Below are positions 17,044 to 26,274 of a DNA stretch of 41,381 nucleotides, in pieces. The notes below the pieces were generated by a model. That model had not been told where the DNA came from. It did no database searches and worked only from the letters and a program-made list of their open reading frames with translations. Source of the DNA: a virus (taxonomy: Duplodnaviria; Caudoviricetes); IMG/VR virus record IMGVR_UViG_3300022178_000578, positions 1 to 41,381 of that record; one strand, written 5' to 3'. The position numbers were made by a program, and so were the translations under genes. The number at the start of each line of letters is the position of its first letter. Positions within the stretch are counted from its first letter, which is position 1.

Positions 17044-17700
17044 CTATCCTCCTAGTGCCAGTGCCACGCCTAAACTTATTCCACCATTAGCGTCTACATA
17101 ATCTTTAACTGCTGCAGATGTCGGTATTGTTGTATCGTTATCATTAGATGCAATACCTTCTGACTCTATTACGAGTGTACCTGCTGCTATCTCAGAGGTT
17201 GTAAGTCCTGTTATTGTAAATGTTAAATCGTATGGGTCTCCATCTGAGCCTGTTGATACATCAGTCCAGTTAATATCTATACCTGCACCTTCAACAAACT
17301 TTACTTCTCTTGATGTATATACACCTGTAGCAACGCTAGGTGCAATAGTAACTTCTGTACCATCACCATCTTCTAATATAAAACCTTGTTGTACAGCATC
17401 GTGTACTTCTTCTATGTGTTGTTTAACTACAGCCAGTCTTACTGTTGTACCTGCTGCATGTGAAGGGTCTGTTCCGTGTTTAGAGTCTATGTCTCTAGTA
17501 ACTGTAGCACCAGTGTGGTCAGAACCTGATGCCCACAATACAACTTCTCTTGTACTGTCATTGTCAGGGTCTATAACAAAATACGCAGGAGAATCTACTC
17601 CTGGGTCTGCTGCTAAATTCATTGATGTACCACCACTACCTAACTGTGAAGCTAGGGTAGTTTCAAAAGCGTTTACTAAATTTGTTTCTCTTGCTACCAT
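17044..17700 (-). CDS. Proximal tail fibre/baseplate-like protein
   Basis: N-terminal anchor (TVTRDIDS...HAAGTTV); C-terminal PTSAAVKDYVD...ALALGG. Confidence 0.75.
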   Translation of the reverse strand: MVARETNLVNAFETTLASQLGSGGTSMNLAADPGVDSPAYFVIDPDNDSTREVVLWASGSDHTGATVTRDIDSKHGTDPSHAAGTTVRLAVVKQHIEEVHDAVQQGFILEDGDGTEVTIAPSVATGVYTSREVKFVEGAGIDINWTDVSTGSDGDPYDLTFTITGLTTSEIAAGTLVIESEGIASNDNDTTIPTSAAVKDYVDANGGISLGVALALGG

Positions 17701-19641
17701 TTATCCAAATCTCATTCTTGCAAAGGCATTAACTGCATAAACATCACCTGATGTAATAGCAGCAAAGGCTGTCTGTCTTGTGCCTCTGACCGTCAGTATA
17801 GCATACTGTGTCACGCTTCCAACGTTTGGGTTACTAATTATAGGGTAACTTATTTTCTCTACAACTCCAACTATTGTTTCTGCAGGGTCAAATATTTCTA
17901 AGGTAACAGCAGTTCCTTCTTTAGATTTTAAAGATTGATAGATACTTTCTCCTAAATTTTTAACTTTAATTGGTTTTCTAAAAGGTCTTTCAACTCTATC
18001 AGATATATTGACTGGTATCTGTACTACTACTAGCTCAGGTCTACCTAATGCACGAATCTGTATAGATTGTAACTTAGGTGTTGATGTTGTAGTTGCAGAT
18101 TTTAACACTATCTTTGCTGTAACATATCGTGCAACTCTACTCATCTGTGTTTCTACACCCCCTACACCATCTCTTTGTTCAAGTTCTAAAGACCACGAAC
18201 TATCATTAGAATCATTTATAGCCTTTAAATCATTTGATACAAAAATGTCTACTGTATTGTTGTTTGTCAATTCTTCTGTTTCTACTTCTACACCTACATA
18301 TTGTTTAGCTTCTGCTGTAAAGAAATCAGCTGGTGACGTAATTAAGTACCCTTCACTTTCAAAACTTGTAGCAGACTGTTGATGCAAACCACTACCATTT
18401 ACAGAAGCAATAAATCTTTCATCTACTTTATTAATTCCCTGTACTAAACCTCCAGCATTTAGTTTATAATATCTAGCTATACCTGCAGTAGGTAAGTAAT
18501 ATCTCCACAAATTGCTTACAGTTGCAGATTCTTTTATACCTGTATAGACAGAATCTCTTGTAACAAAAATTTCTCTAGGTGCTGCATCTAATCCATCTAT
18601 ATCCCATTCTTTAATTAATTGATTGTTTGCTAATACATACAAGTCATCAGCAACTGATAGATTTGCACGGTATAATCTACCTATTTTTTTAGCACCTGTT
18701 TGATTTACTTTTGTACCATAGAATATTATTCCTTGTGTTTCGCCTACGCATGTAGGTATTTCTCCTGATATTTCTGTTTGACCTTTAGCTGTTAGTGTAC
18801 CTGCTATGTCTTTTATAGAATATATTCTTCCATCTGTAGCTGTAGCTAACATTACTGCACCAACATCTGCCACGTCTGTCCACGTTTCTCCTGTTGGTAA
18901 AGTTAACATTGCTGATGCAACGGTAGTAGCACCATCATAATCATGTAATGCTGTTCCTATAGACACAACTAAGTGTCCTTTTACAGACCATATACCATCA
19001 TATATTGCTGCTGTAAGTTTAGTTGCAGCAGAACTACCATTGTATAAAATTATTTGTGAAGCACTACCATTACTTGTAACTATGTACAAACCAGTGCCAT
19101 GTGCAGCCATAGCTTTTATAGTGTAACCACCAGTTATACCAGTCGTTACAGTAGAAAAACTACTGCCATTGTTAGTTGATTTATAAAGTACAGCTTCATC
19201 AGCTACATAAATATCAGTGCCAACAACAGCTACATAGTTGTCATCATTAGCAGCATCACTAAATGTTCTTATGTTTGTTGTGGAGTTAAGTAAAGATATG
19301 TTATATGCTTTTCCTAAATCACTATTGAATACGTCTATGTTTTCGCTATCCCAATATCTAGTATTATCTCTAGGTGTAATATCTGATTTGTGTGCTTTGT
19401 CTAGATTACTACCACCACTAAAGTCATTTCTAGAAAATACTCTACCTATGTTAGTAGTAAAATCTTCAGCATTTTGTTTAACATTAACCGAACCTTCTTG
19501 ACCTACATCAGAAGATTGTATAATCATTTGCCTATCTTGTGAAGGTCCAATAGATGCTCTTAAAAGAAAGTCGTCTATTCTAAAATCATAACCTTTTCTT
19601 TGTGGATTTATTACATCAGACTGTGTAGTTAGTCTTGGCAT
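17701..19641 (-). CDS. Tail nozzle/stabilisation-like beta-propeller protein
   Basis: Size, position after the adaptor, beta-rich with an Asp-box-like STNNGSSF. Confidence 0.65.
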   Translation of the reverse strand: MPRLTTQSDVINPQRKGYDFRIDDFLLRASIGPSQDRQMIIQSSDVGQEGSVNVKQNAEDFTTNIGRVFSRNDFSGGSNLDKAHKSDITPRDNTRYWDSENIDVFNSDLGKAYNISLLNSTTNIRTFSDAANDDNYVAVVGTDIYVADEAVLYKSTNNGSSFSTVTTGITGGYTIKAMAAHGTGLYIVTSNGSASQIILYNGSSAATKLTAAIYDGIWSVKGHLVVSIGTALHDYDGATTVASAMLTLPTGETWTDVADVGAVMLATATDGRIYSIKDIAGTLTAKGQTEISGEIPTCVGETQGIIFYGTKVNQTGAKKIGRLYRANLSVADDLYVLANNQLIKEWDIDGLDAAPREIFVTRDSVYTGIKESATVSNLWRYYLPTAGIARYYKLNAGGLVQGINKVDERFIASVNGSGLHQQSATSFESEGYLITSPADFFTAEAKQYVGVEVETEELTNNNTVDIFVSNDLKAINDSNDSSWSLELEQRDGVGGVETQMSRVARYVTAKIVLKSATTTSTPKLQSIQIRALGRPELVVVQIPVNISDRVERPFRKPIKVKNLGESIYQSLKSKEGTAVTLEIFDPAETIVGVVEKISYPIISNPNVGSVTQYAILTVRGTRQTAFAAITSGDVYAVNAFARMRFG

Positions 19642-20654
19642 TACGACTGTATTCCATAAACCAAACCATCTACAGATACTGATTCTGGATACTTAGCTCT
19701 TAGATACTTTCTAGCTTGATTCAATAATAACTGTTGATACTGCAATAAAGAATTTCTAAGACTATTAGAACTTCCTACTGGATATGAAGCAACAGATAAT
19801 TGGTCTGATATATAATCTGCAGTAACATTAGGTACATCTCTACCAGAAATAAGTTGAGCTGTTACACCTGCCATAATTATAGGTTCGTATTCGTTTTCTA
19901 AACCCACAGTTGCTAACGTGTCTGACTCTGCAGTAGGTTCTATAAATTTCTTTTTAAAGGTTACAAATGCTGTGTGACCTGAAGCTATACCACTAAACTG
20001 AATAGCGTGTACAACACTAGGTCCTGAAGTGTATGTGTATGTTCTTTCTGTTCCACCTGAATCTGTATAAACAAATGGATTAGGTAACTCGATTAAAGAT
20101 GATGCAACTGTAGCAAAGTTTACACCTGTAGTATCAGAACCAGAACTGAAATCTGTGTACTGAGATATTGCACCTATAATAGAAACTATATAGTTGTGTG
20201 TACCTATTGAATCGTATGAACCTAGCAATGTATAACCATTAGAAGTAGTTATTGTTTGTGTTTCTACAGCAAACAATGTAGGAAACAGGTTATTAATCTG
20301 GTCAACTACTGCATCAAAAACAACTTTTCTAGGAAATGGTGGAGCAATTTTTATTGTATCTCCATCAGCATGTGTAGTTTTAGAAGAACCTCTGACTCCT
20401 CTTACAACTGTAACTTGATTATTAATAGTATCGATAGAACTACATAACATAAGTTCTTGATTTATTTCAATAATAGAACCTGCGTCCATCATATCTTCTT
20501 CTTCTTGTGTAAGAAGGTCACCATTAAAACTAATAGTTGTAGCAGATGTGCTGCTAACTGCAGCTGTTAAAACTGTATATGGTTGTAAATCGTCCATAGG
20601 TTCGAGATATTCTCGATAAACCCTATCAACTAGATTACCTATAGTAGTACTCAT
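19641..20654 (-). CDS. Head-tail adaptor-like protein
   Basis: Position after the capsid genes; helical ends with an inserted VVRGVRGS...HADG beta domain. Confidence 0.6.
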   Translation of the reverse strand: MSTTIGNLVDRVYREYLEPMDDLQPYTVLTAAVSSTSATTISFNGDLLTQEEEDMMDAGSIIEINQELMLCSSIDTINNQVTVVRGVRGSSKTTHADGDTIKIAPPFPRKVVFDAVVDQINNLFPTLFAVETQTITTSNGYTLLGSYDSIGTHNYIVSIIGAISQYTDFSSGSDTTGVNFATVASSLIELPNPFVYTDSGGTERTYTYTSGPSVVHAIQFSGIASGHTAFVTFKKKFIEPTAESDTLATVGLENEYEPIIMAGVTAQLISGRDVPNVTADYISDQLSVASYPVGSSNSLRNSLLQYQQLLLNQARKYLRAKYPESVSVDGLVYGIQS

Positions 20655-20658
20655 GGTA

Positions 20659-20997
20659 CTAAGCGTCTCTGAGTAATACTGTTATTGCTGAACTTGTGTC
20701 TTCTGTTGCACCTGATACAAATCTAATTGAACCTGTTGAAGCAAAAGCCCAACCTGACGGGTCAACTCTTGTAAGTTTATTAGCAGCTACTGTATAGGAT
20801 ACTGCTGAACCATCGGTTTCTTTTACATCAATATATGTTCCACCACCATCTTGGTCTGCTGACCATTGAAAGGTAACGGTTGTTCCATTAAATGCTGCGT
20901 TAGGTATAAATCCTGATAGCAACATACCATCTGTTGGTACAGGTGGACTTTGTGTTGCACTTCCAGTGTAAGTTACGCCTACTAATTTATTTGCCAT
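20659..20997 (-). CDS. Small virion beta protein (decoration-like)
   Basis: 112-aa beta-rich ORF after the capsid gene; AAGGA SD. Confidence 0.6.
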   Translation of the reverse strand: MANKLVGVTYTGSATQSPPVPTDGMLLSGFIPNAAFNGTTVTFQWSADQDGGGTYIDVKETDGSAVSYTVAANKLTRVDPSGWAFASTGSIRFVSGATEDTSSAITVLLRDA

Positions 20998-21024
20998 TAA
21001 TTCTTTTCCTTATATATTTATTTG

Positions 21025-21069
21025 ATTATAGCAGAACTAAGGGAGCAGGTGGAGCTACTCCCAAAGTTC
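21025..21069 (-). promoter_or_regulatory. Post-capsid stem-loop followed by an extended -10 promoter
   Basis: GAACT-TT-GGGAGTAG / CTGCTCCC-TT-AGTTC hairpin (21034-21069), then TGCTATAAT (21033-21025). Confidence 0.65.
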
Positions 21070-21080
21070 CAATATTTACT

Positions 21081-22202
21081 TTAGCTATTTGTTTGTTCAA
21101 ATAGCAAGTGATATGAAGGAGGTCCGAAATCGAATCCCATCTCCATATAAATTGCTTTACCAACTCTTGCATTAGCATCTTGGTCAATGTCTCTTACGAA
21201 CACAGTTCCATATCCTGGGATATTTGTGAATACTGGTTGTATAAAGGCAAGGTCTAAGATGTAAGCAGTTCCTGAAGGCATGATATTAGGGTCAATGACC
21301 ATCATACCAATAGAACCAAATGGTGTAACAACTGTATCAATGTCGATACCTGCAACGTTTCTATCCCTTGGGATAATTGCTGCAGCTAGTCCAATGGTAC
21401 CTTTAGCTAGTTCTTTGTTAAGAGCTAACAATTGTTTCGGTGTTACCACCAATACAGGTTGTTTCATTGGAGCATGAGCATCATACAATCTCTTCATGCC
21501 GTCTGCTATTGCATCCCATGTGAGGTCACGAGCTGCAGATGTTGCATCTCCGTCACTGTCACAATAGTGAATGTTACCACCAACATATGTTGGAGCTACT
21601 GTATTGTTAGCATTTGCATTAAGACCAATCCATTGTTTAAGTCCACGCATTTCACGTGTTCCTGAACCTGGTGTTGTATTAGCACCGTCTGCGAATGTTC
21701 CGTTAAAAGCGAACCATTCTACTTCTCTTGCTACTTTCTCCATTGCTAATTCTAATTGATTAGCAAATTCGTCTGTTACTGGGTTACCACCAAAAAGACC
21801 TAGTTTGTCTCCTGCTGTGACAGTACCGTCTCCGTCTGAGGAGTTGGCAATGTTTGCAGATAAGTCAAATGGATTTTGGTTCATGTAACTTGCTAAAGCT
21901 GTGTATGTCATTTGTACACCTTTATGGAAAACTTGTGTTGCGAAAGTGTAAGCTACCCTATCGCGACCTAAGTATTCTGTTGGAGCTGCACCTTCTTGAC
22001 CTTTAGTAGGTTCTGAAGATACAGTTGCATTATCAGCTGCTTGGATTTGAAAGAAGGTTGACTGTATAGCCTTGCCTCCATTTAAACCACCTGTGGCTGA
22101 TAAGAAAGGTGTCCTTTGACCACCAACTTTAAACAATTCACCAGTAAAGTTATTAATATTCTGAGCATAAATGCTACTGTTTGTTAGGGATATTGCTCCC
22201 AT
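21081..22202 (-). CDS. Major capsid protein (HK97 fold, SU10-MCP-like)
   Basis: TPFLS, EG..A, TQVFHKGVQMT, REMRGL, TPFG motifs; follows the scaffold gene. Confidence 0.85.
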   Translation of the reverse strand: MGAISLTNSSIYAQNINNFTGELFKVGGQRTPFLSATGGLNGGKAIQSTFFQIQAADNATVSSEPTKGQEGAAPTEYLGRDRVAYTFATQVFHKGVQMTYTALASYMNQNPFDLSANIANSSDGDGTVTAGDKLGLFGGNPVTDEFANQLELAMEKVAREVEWFAFNGTFADGANTTPGSGTREMRGLKQWIGLNANANNTVAPTYVGGNIHYCDSDGDATSAARDLTWDAIADGMKRLYDAHAPMKQPVLVVTPKQLLALNKELAKGTIGLAAAIIPRDRNVAGIDIDTVVTPFGSIGMMVIDPNIMPSGTAYILDLAFIQPVFTNIPGYGTVFVRDIDQDANARVGKAIYMEMGFDFGPPSYHLLFEQTNS

Positions 22203-22234
22203 AATTAATCTTCTCCTAGTTTATTATCTATTAC

Positions 22235-22720
22235 TTATTTTTTTGTTTGTTCGTCAAAAGCATCTATAGCATGCAGTTTTGCAGATATAGAACTCCTAAC
22301 ACTTGTCTCTGGATTATTAATAAAAGCGTTTAAATCCGAAAATGAATCTGCTGGAGTTGATTCAACTCCCAACTTATTAAGTTGTTCTACACGAGACTGA
22401 GCTTCAATTACGTTTTGATTAGGTGGAGCGGCTGGTGTAGTGTCAGCATTAATAGCATTTACTTCTCCAAACTCTTTACTAACAAAATCTGTTATAGCGT
22501 CAACTGTTACATCTCCGTCATACAGTTTTGTTACTGCTTTACCTAGTCCTTTATCAGAAGACAAACCTATTGAGGTAAGTGCTGAATCCATTGCTACTGC
22601 TTTATATTGTTTATTCTCAGCTTTGAGTTTTTTATACTCTTGTCTAAGTTGTTTAATGTTTTCATTATCCAATGATTCTTCAACTTCCTCTACGGCTACT
22701 TCTTCTTTAATTTCTTCCAT
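22235..22720 (-). CDS. Capsid scaffolding protein
   Basis: Acidic N-terminus and coiled coil, directly upstream of the capsid gene. Confidence 0.7.
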   Translation of the reverse strand: MEEIKEEVAVEEVEESLDNENIKQLRQEYKKLKAENKQYKAVAMDSALTSIGLSSDKGLGKAVTKLYDGDVTVDAITDFVSKEFGEVNAINADTTPAAPPNQNVIEAQSRVEQLNKLGVESTPADSFSDLNAFINNPETSVRSSISAKLHAIDAFDEQTKK

Positions 22721-22880
22721 TATTATTCCTCATTTCTCTGGCATCTAAAACCCCTATATAAATAATCGCCAGGTAATTAAAGGGATGTCGCAAGGGATTT
22801 ATGATACACGTTGGACACCTTGGATAACCAACTGCTACGACCCTATGTTTAAAGTGCCGACCTCGTCAGGCACTACATGT

Positions 22881-22909
22881 AGTATATAAAGATATAAATC
22901 TAAAGTCAA
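22881..22909 (-). promoter_or_regulatory. Near-consensus promoter of the scaffold-capsid operon
   Basis: TTGACT-17 nt-TATACT. Confidence 0.85.
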
Positions 22910-22918
22910 GGTTTAGAT

Positions 22919-24019
22919 TTAGGTTTCAGTAAGACCTGTTACTTGTCCTGATTGTGTTGTATAAGAACCTGTAGCTACTGAACTAGCTGTTATATTTTGT
23001 GCTTCTATAGCTTGTATCTCACTTAATAAATTGTCGTCTTTAAACAATGTAGCTTCTAAAACATTAGACGCTGTACCTACAGTGCTTGCTCTGTTCTGTC
23101 TTCTTGACATAGTGTTTAATAATCTTGCTGTTGTAGCTGCAGTAGAAAACTGATTTCTTGCTGAGCCAAGTGTAATACCTGCTTGTGTAAACTCTTGTAT
23201 TCGTTCTAAAGAAACATCTTGTCCTATTTCTGTAGTATAGATTGCACCTAGTTCAGATGCGTTTAATCTTTTTTGTAGTATCTCTGTATTTAAATTAGGG
23301 TCCATAGCAAGTGCTAGTATTGACGATTCATCTAATTTAACATCTTCTCCAAGCTCATTAGAATAATAATCATTATAAGCAGACACAACATTTTGTTTCA
23401 TGCCTTCATCCATTCTGTCAAATATTTTGTAACGAACAGTTTGTACTCTATTTATGTATTCATTTGGTGATACTTGATTAGCTACCAAAGTTGAGTAAAC
23501 TTCTCTGCCTTTTTGCTTAGCATATCCACCAAGTCCATTACCAATTAAAGATGCTTTGACTTGTTCGAATCCTGCAACATAAGAGTTTTCTGACATTCTG
23601 ATAGCACCTGTTTCAGTGTTTACTATTCCTGGAAATACTGTTTGATATTCAGGAAGTTCTCTCATTGAAGCTACAGCAGCAGTAGCTGAACCGTCACCTT
23701 CAATGTAACCTTTTATATACGCATCTACTAACTTATCTGCATTATCTCCTGCATATGATTTAAGCCATGGCAAACGTAAATACACTTGATTAGGACTAAG
23801 GTTTATTGCTTCTTCTTCTGTTGTAGAGGTTGTTGTTGATGCTGGAGCAGTATAACTTGAACCACCTACTAATGATTCTGATTCTCTAATAGCTCGTCCT
23901 TTATCTTGAAAGTATCCAGCACTTTCTAAATCAGCTATAAATTGTCTACCTGCAAGGGTTGAATCATCTGTTTCTATAGGTGTAAGTTGGTCTCTTCTGT
24001 AATAATTAAACTTTGCCAT
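22919..24019 (-). CDS. Probable internal virion/ejection protein
   Basis: Helical 366-aa ORF in the coupled block between portal and scaffold; function inferred from context. Confidence 0.6.
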   Translation of the reverse strand: MAKFNYYRRDQLTPIETDDSTLAGRQFIADLESAGYFQDKGRAIRESESLVGGSSYTAPASTTTSTTEEEAINLSPNQVYLRLPWLKSYAGDNADKLVDAYIKGYIEGDGSATAAVASMRELPEYQTVFPGIVNTETGAIRMSENSYVAGFEQVKASLIGNGLGGYAKQKGREVYSTLVANQVSPNEYINRVQTVRYKIFDRMDEGMKQNVVSAYNDYYSNELGEDVKLDESSILALAMDPNLNTEILQKRLNASELGAIYTTEIGQDVSLERIQEFTQAGITLGSARNQFSTAATTARLLNTMSRRQNRASTVGTASNVLEATLFKDDNLLSEIQAIEAQNITASSVATGSYTTQSGQVTGLTET

Positions 24020-25428
24020 TACCCTATCCTAGCTGACTGTATTACATTTCCACCTAGACTATTAGTTATATTTTCTGACATACTATTCATAAAGAACTTA
24101 TTTCTCTGACTGTATGCTTTTGTTCTGTAATTTTTCCTAGCATCTATTTGTGATAACCCTATGCCTTCTAAGAACGATTCATCTAACTCATCTGCTGTTT
24201 CTCCAAATGTATTTTGCCAAGAACTTTTATATGGACCAACAACCATAGAGTATTTAAGATTTTTACCTCCATACTTTTCTCCCCATATTGGGTCGTTATC
24301 AAACATAGTTTGCAATCTATCATTAAAAGTATTTGTATCGTTAGCATATAATTCTACTAAATTGTTTTGTTCTTCTTTAGATAACCCACTCCATCTAGAT
24401 AAACCTATGTAACTTATAGCTTGGTTTTGTGCAACCATACCATTAGCAAATGATGAATTAGATTGATTAAATACAGGTGAATTAAGTTCACTTCTTGGTC
24501 CTGAAAAAATCTGGTAGAAATCACTATCTTTACCAAAATCAAATCCTTCTATGCCAAGTACAAATCCTACGTACTCATCTAACAATGTAGCTGTAATTTT
24601 ACCTTTGACTGTTTGGTCTAATAAATTTTGGTACAATTCTGGATTTTCTCTTTTAAATACTTCAGGACTTATTCCAACATCTTGTAATGCTGTAACTAAT
24701 TCTCCTTCTTTAGTACCTAGCAACTTAGCAAACTTTTGATTTGTTACTGATTCACCATTTAAATTAAATGATAAAGGGTCATCTCCTCCTGTAAGAATAG
24801 TAGCATTTAAGAAATCTAATTGTCCTTGTGTATATCCTGTAGTTAATCCAGCTCTACTTAATTGTTCTGCTGTTACTGATGTACCTAATGCTAAGGCTTC
24901 AAACAATAAAGTAAGACCTGGTGTCTGACCATTTACTTCATCAAACAACCAAGGGTACGAAGTTTTTAATTCGTCAAAGCCACTAAAAACAAAATCTGAA
25001 TAACTATTATTAGCTGTTGAGGCATACTCGCCACCTATTGTAAAACCTGTCATAGATAGGCTAGGGTCTTCTATAATCTCCCCTGCTGGAGGTGTGTTAG
25101 ATATAGCAGGACCTACTCTGTTTTCTCCATCTCCAGATACACCCCAGTTAGTTGAATACTTATTAGGACTTAATCCATTAGCTACATAAGATATAAATGC
25201 TGGGTAGCCAACTAGGCTTGATATGTCATAAGCAAAATATACTACGCCTTCTTTTACATAAACAGCGTCTGCAACTAATTTATTACTATGTACCCAATTA
25301 GCATTTGCTACAGGAGCTGATGTTTTTTCTTCTTCTTGTAACCAACCTCTTTCTTTAAAGATTGGATAATCTTCTAGTTCTATAACTTTAGTCTGTCCGT
25401 CTTTAACAATTGTTATTTCTTCTCTCAT
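24019..25428 (-). CDS. Probable internal virion/ejection protein
   Basis: 469 aa, TAATG coupled; function inferred from context. Confidence 0.6.
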   Translation of the reverse strand: MREEITIVKDGQTKVIELEDYPIFKERGWLQEEEKTSAPVANANWVHSNKLVADAVYVKEGVVYFAYDISSLVGYPAFISYVANGLSPNKYSTNWGVSGDGENRVGPAISNTPPAGEIIEDPSLSMTGFTIGGEYASTANNSYSDFVFSGFDELKTSYPWLFDEVNGQTPGLTLLFEALALGTSVTAEQLSRAGLTTGYTQGQLDFLNATILTGGDDPLSFNLNGESVTNQKFAKLLGTKEGELVTALQDVGISPEVFKRENPELYQNLLDQTVKGKITATLLDEYVGFVLGIEGFDFGKDSDFYQIFSGPRSELNSPVFNQSNSSFANGMVAQNQAISYIGLSRWSGLSKEEQNNLVELYANDTNTFNDRLQTMFDNDPIWGEKYGGKNLKYSMVVGPYKSSWQNTFGETADELDESFLEGIGLSQIDARKNYRTKAYSQRNKFFMNSMSENITNSLGGNVIQSARIG

Positions 25429-26273
25429 TACTCAGTTTCTTTTCTACTATATGTTTTTTCCATAAAGTCTAGTTGTTTGTCTATAGCACCACTTATACTA
25501 AATCTTTCTTTTATTGTATCGCCTAATGATTTAAAAAATCTTGTGAAGTCGTTTCCTACAGTGTCTTCTTTTTCAGAATCTATTTTATCTTGTTGTTCTT
25601 TAGTTAAGTCAGTATCAAAAAATTGTCTTTCTTTTGTTTGTGGATTAAATATAGAATGTTTTTGTTTTAGTTCTCCACCTAAACTTTGAAAACCTGGACC
25701 TACTCCATAGGAAGTATATTCATACAATACTTCTTTATCCTCTGGTGGTGGGTCATCAATTGGTGGTGGGTCATCAATTGGCGTTGTGTCGAATGTTGTA
25801 AAACTTTTCTCTTTAGTCAACCTATTAGTTGCCCACTCAGGTATTTCATTATCATACTTTCTATTAAACTTTGCTTCTTGGTCAGCAATAACGTCATCTA
25901 AATTACCTTTAGCTATTAGCTCTAACCCATCATAGGTACCTCGTTCACCTTGTACATTTCTTAAAGCCCAAGGTCTATTGAAGTAAACTAAAACAGCATA
26001 CGATAATTCATCTTGTGTAAAGTCTTCTATTGATACATTAGGACTATTCTTAATAAGATTTTTAACAATTCCTTCTGCATGTTCTAAATCTAATTGCAAA
26101 ACTTCTAGTGCTTTTTCTCTATCTATAGTTTGTCCTTCAACAAAATCAAAAGTCTCTGTAGCTTGGGTATGTCCAAAACCAATAGTTAAATTATTGTTGA
26201 CATCATAGTATGCTTCATCTTTAAATCCTTCTAGTTCTTCTATGTGTTCTATAAGTTCTTCTGTAAGTTTCAT
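25428..26273 (-). CDS. Virion-associated GH24 (T4-type) lysozyme with C-terminal extension
   Basis: LEGFKDEAYYDVNNNLTIGFGH = E-x8-D-x5-T triad; the likely start is MKLTEEL at 26273. Confidence 0.85.
   Translation of the reverse strand: MKLTEELIEHIEELEGFKDEAYYDVNNNLTIGFGHTQATETFDFVEGQTIDREKALEVLQLDLEHAEGIVKNLIKNSPNVSIEDFTQDELSYAVLVYFNRPWALRNVQGERGTYDGLELIAKGNLDDVIADQEAKFNRKYDNEIPEWATNRLTKEKSFTTFDTTPIDDPPPIDDPPPEDKEVLYEYTSYGVGPGFQSLGGELKQKHSIFNPQTKERQFFDTDLTKEQQDKIDSEKEDTVGNDFTRFFKSLGDTIKERFSISGAIDKQLDFMEKTYSRKETE
25743..25778. repeat. Perfect 18-bp tandem duplication (IDDPPP x2 linker)
   Basis: TGGTGGTGGGTCATCAAT occurs twice. Confidence 0.95.
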
Positions 26274-26274
26274 A

